In this document: in pieces, positions 64,000-64,000 of the stretch
Layout of the letters: each line of letters opens with the position of its first letter
Numbering within the stretch: position 1 is the first letter of the stretch
Notes under the pieces: model-generated
Database searches by the model: none
Seen by the model: only the letters and a program-made list of their open reading frames with translations
Told to the model about the DNA's origin: nothing
Program-made: the position numbers and the translations under genes
Virus record (IMG/VR): IMGVR_UViG_3300017963_000261
Location: 7,163-71,162 of that record
DNA from: a virus
Direction: 5' to 3' (one strand)
Length of the DNA: 64,000 bases

Positions 64000-64000
64000 G

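Overview
This 64-kb window is most of a GC-rich tailed-phage genome with siphovirus-type architecture. Terminase, portal, integrase and repressor are not seen and may lie outside the window. The + strand arm carries small accessory genes, an HK97 prohead protease and major capsid protein, then an unusually large ~23-kb block of ~25 glycan-related genes. That block holds many glycosyltransferase-like proteins, an NDP-sugar dehydrogenase, a GDP-mannose 3',5'-epimerase, a sulfotransferase, three methyltransferases, a CapK-like ligase, a CapA-like protein and tRNA-Tyr. It is followed by head-tail joining, tail (with -1 frameshift chaperone), tape measure, tail fibre and beta-helix genes, and a lysis-position module with a glycoside hydrolase, a deacetylase and holin-like proteins. 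The - strand arm carries early and replication genes: initiator with iterons, DnaB-like helicase, primase, two DNA methyltransferases and nucleases. The best candidate for a new system is a phage-encoded virion glycan-coat pathway with its own sugar supply and decoration enzymes. A second layer is a set of structured RNA leaders behind near-consensus sigma70 promoters, including a candidate trans-acting antisense RNA. Family assignments come from motif recognition by eye, not database searches. The host (possibly Chloroflexota) is only an inference.
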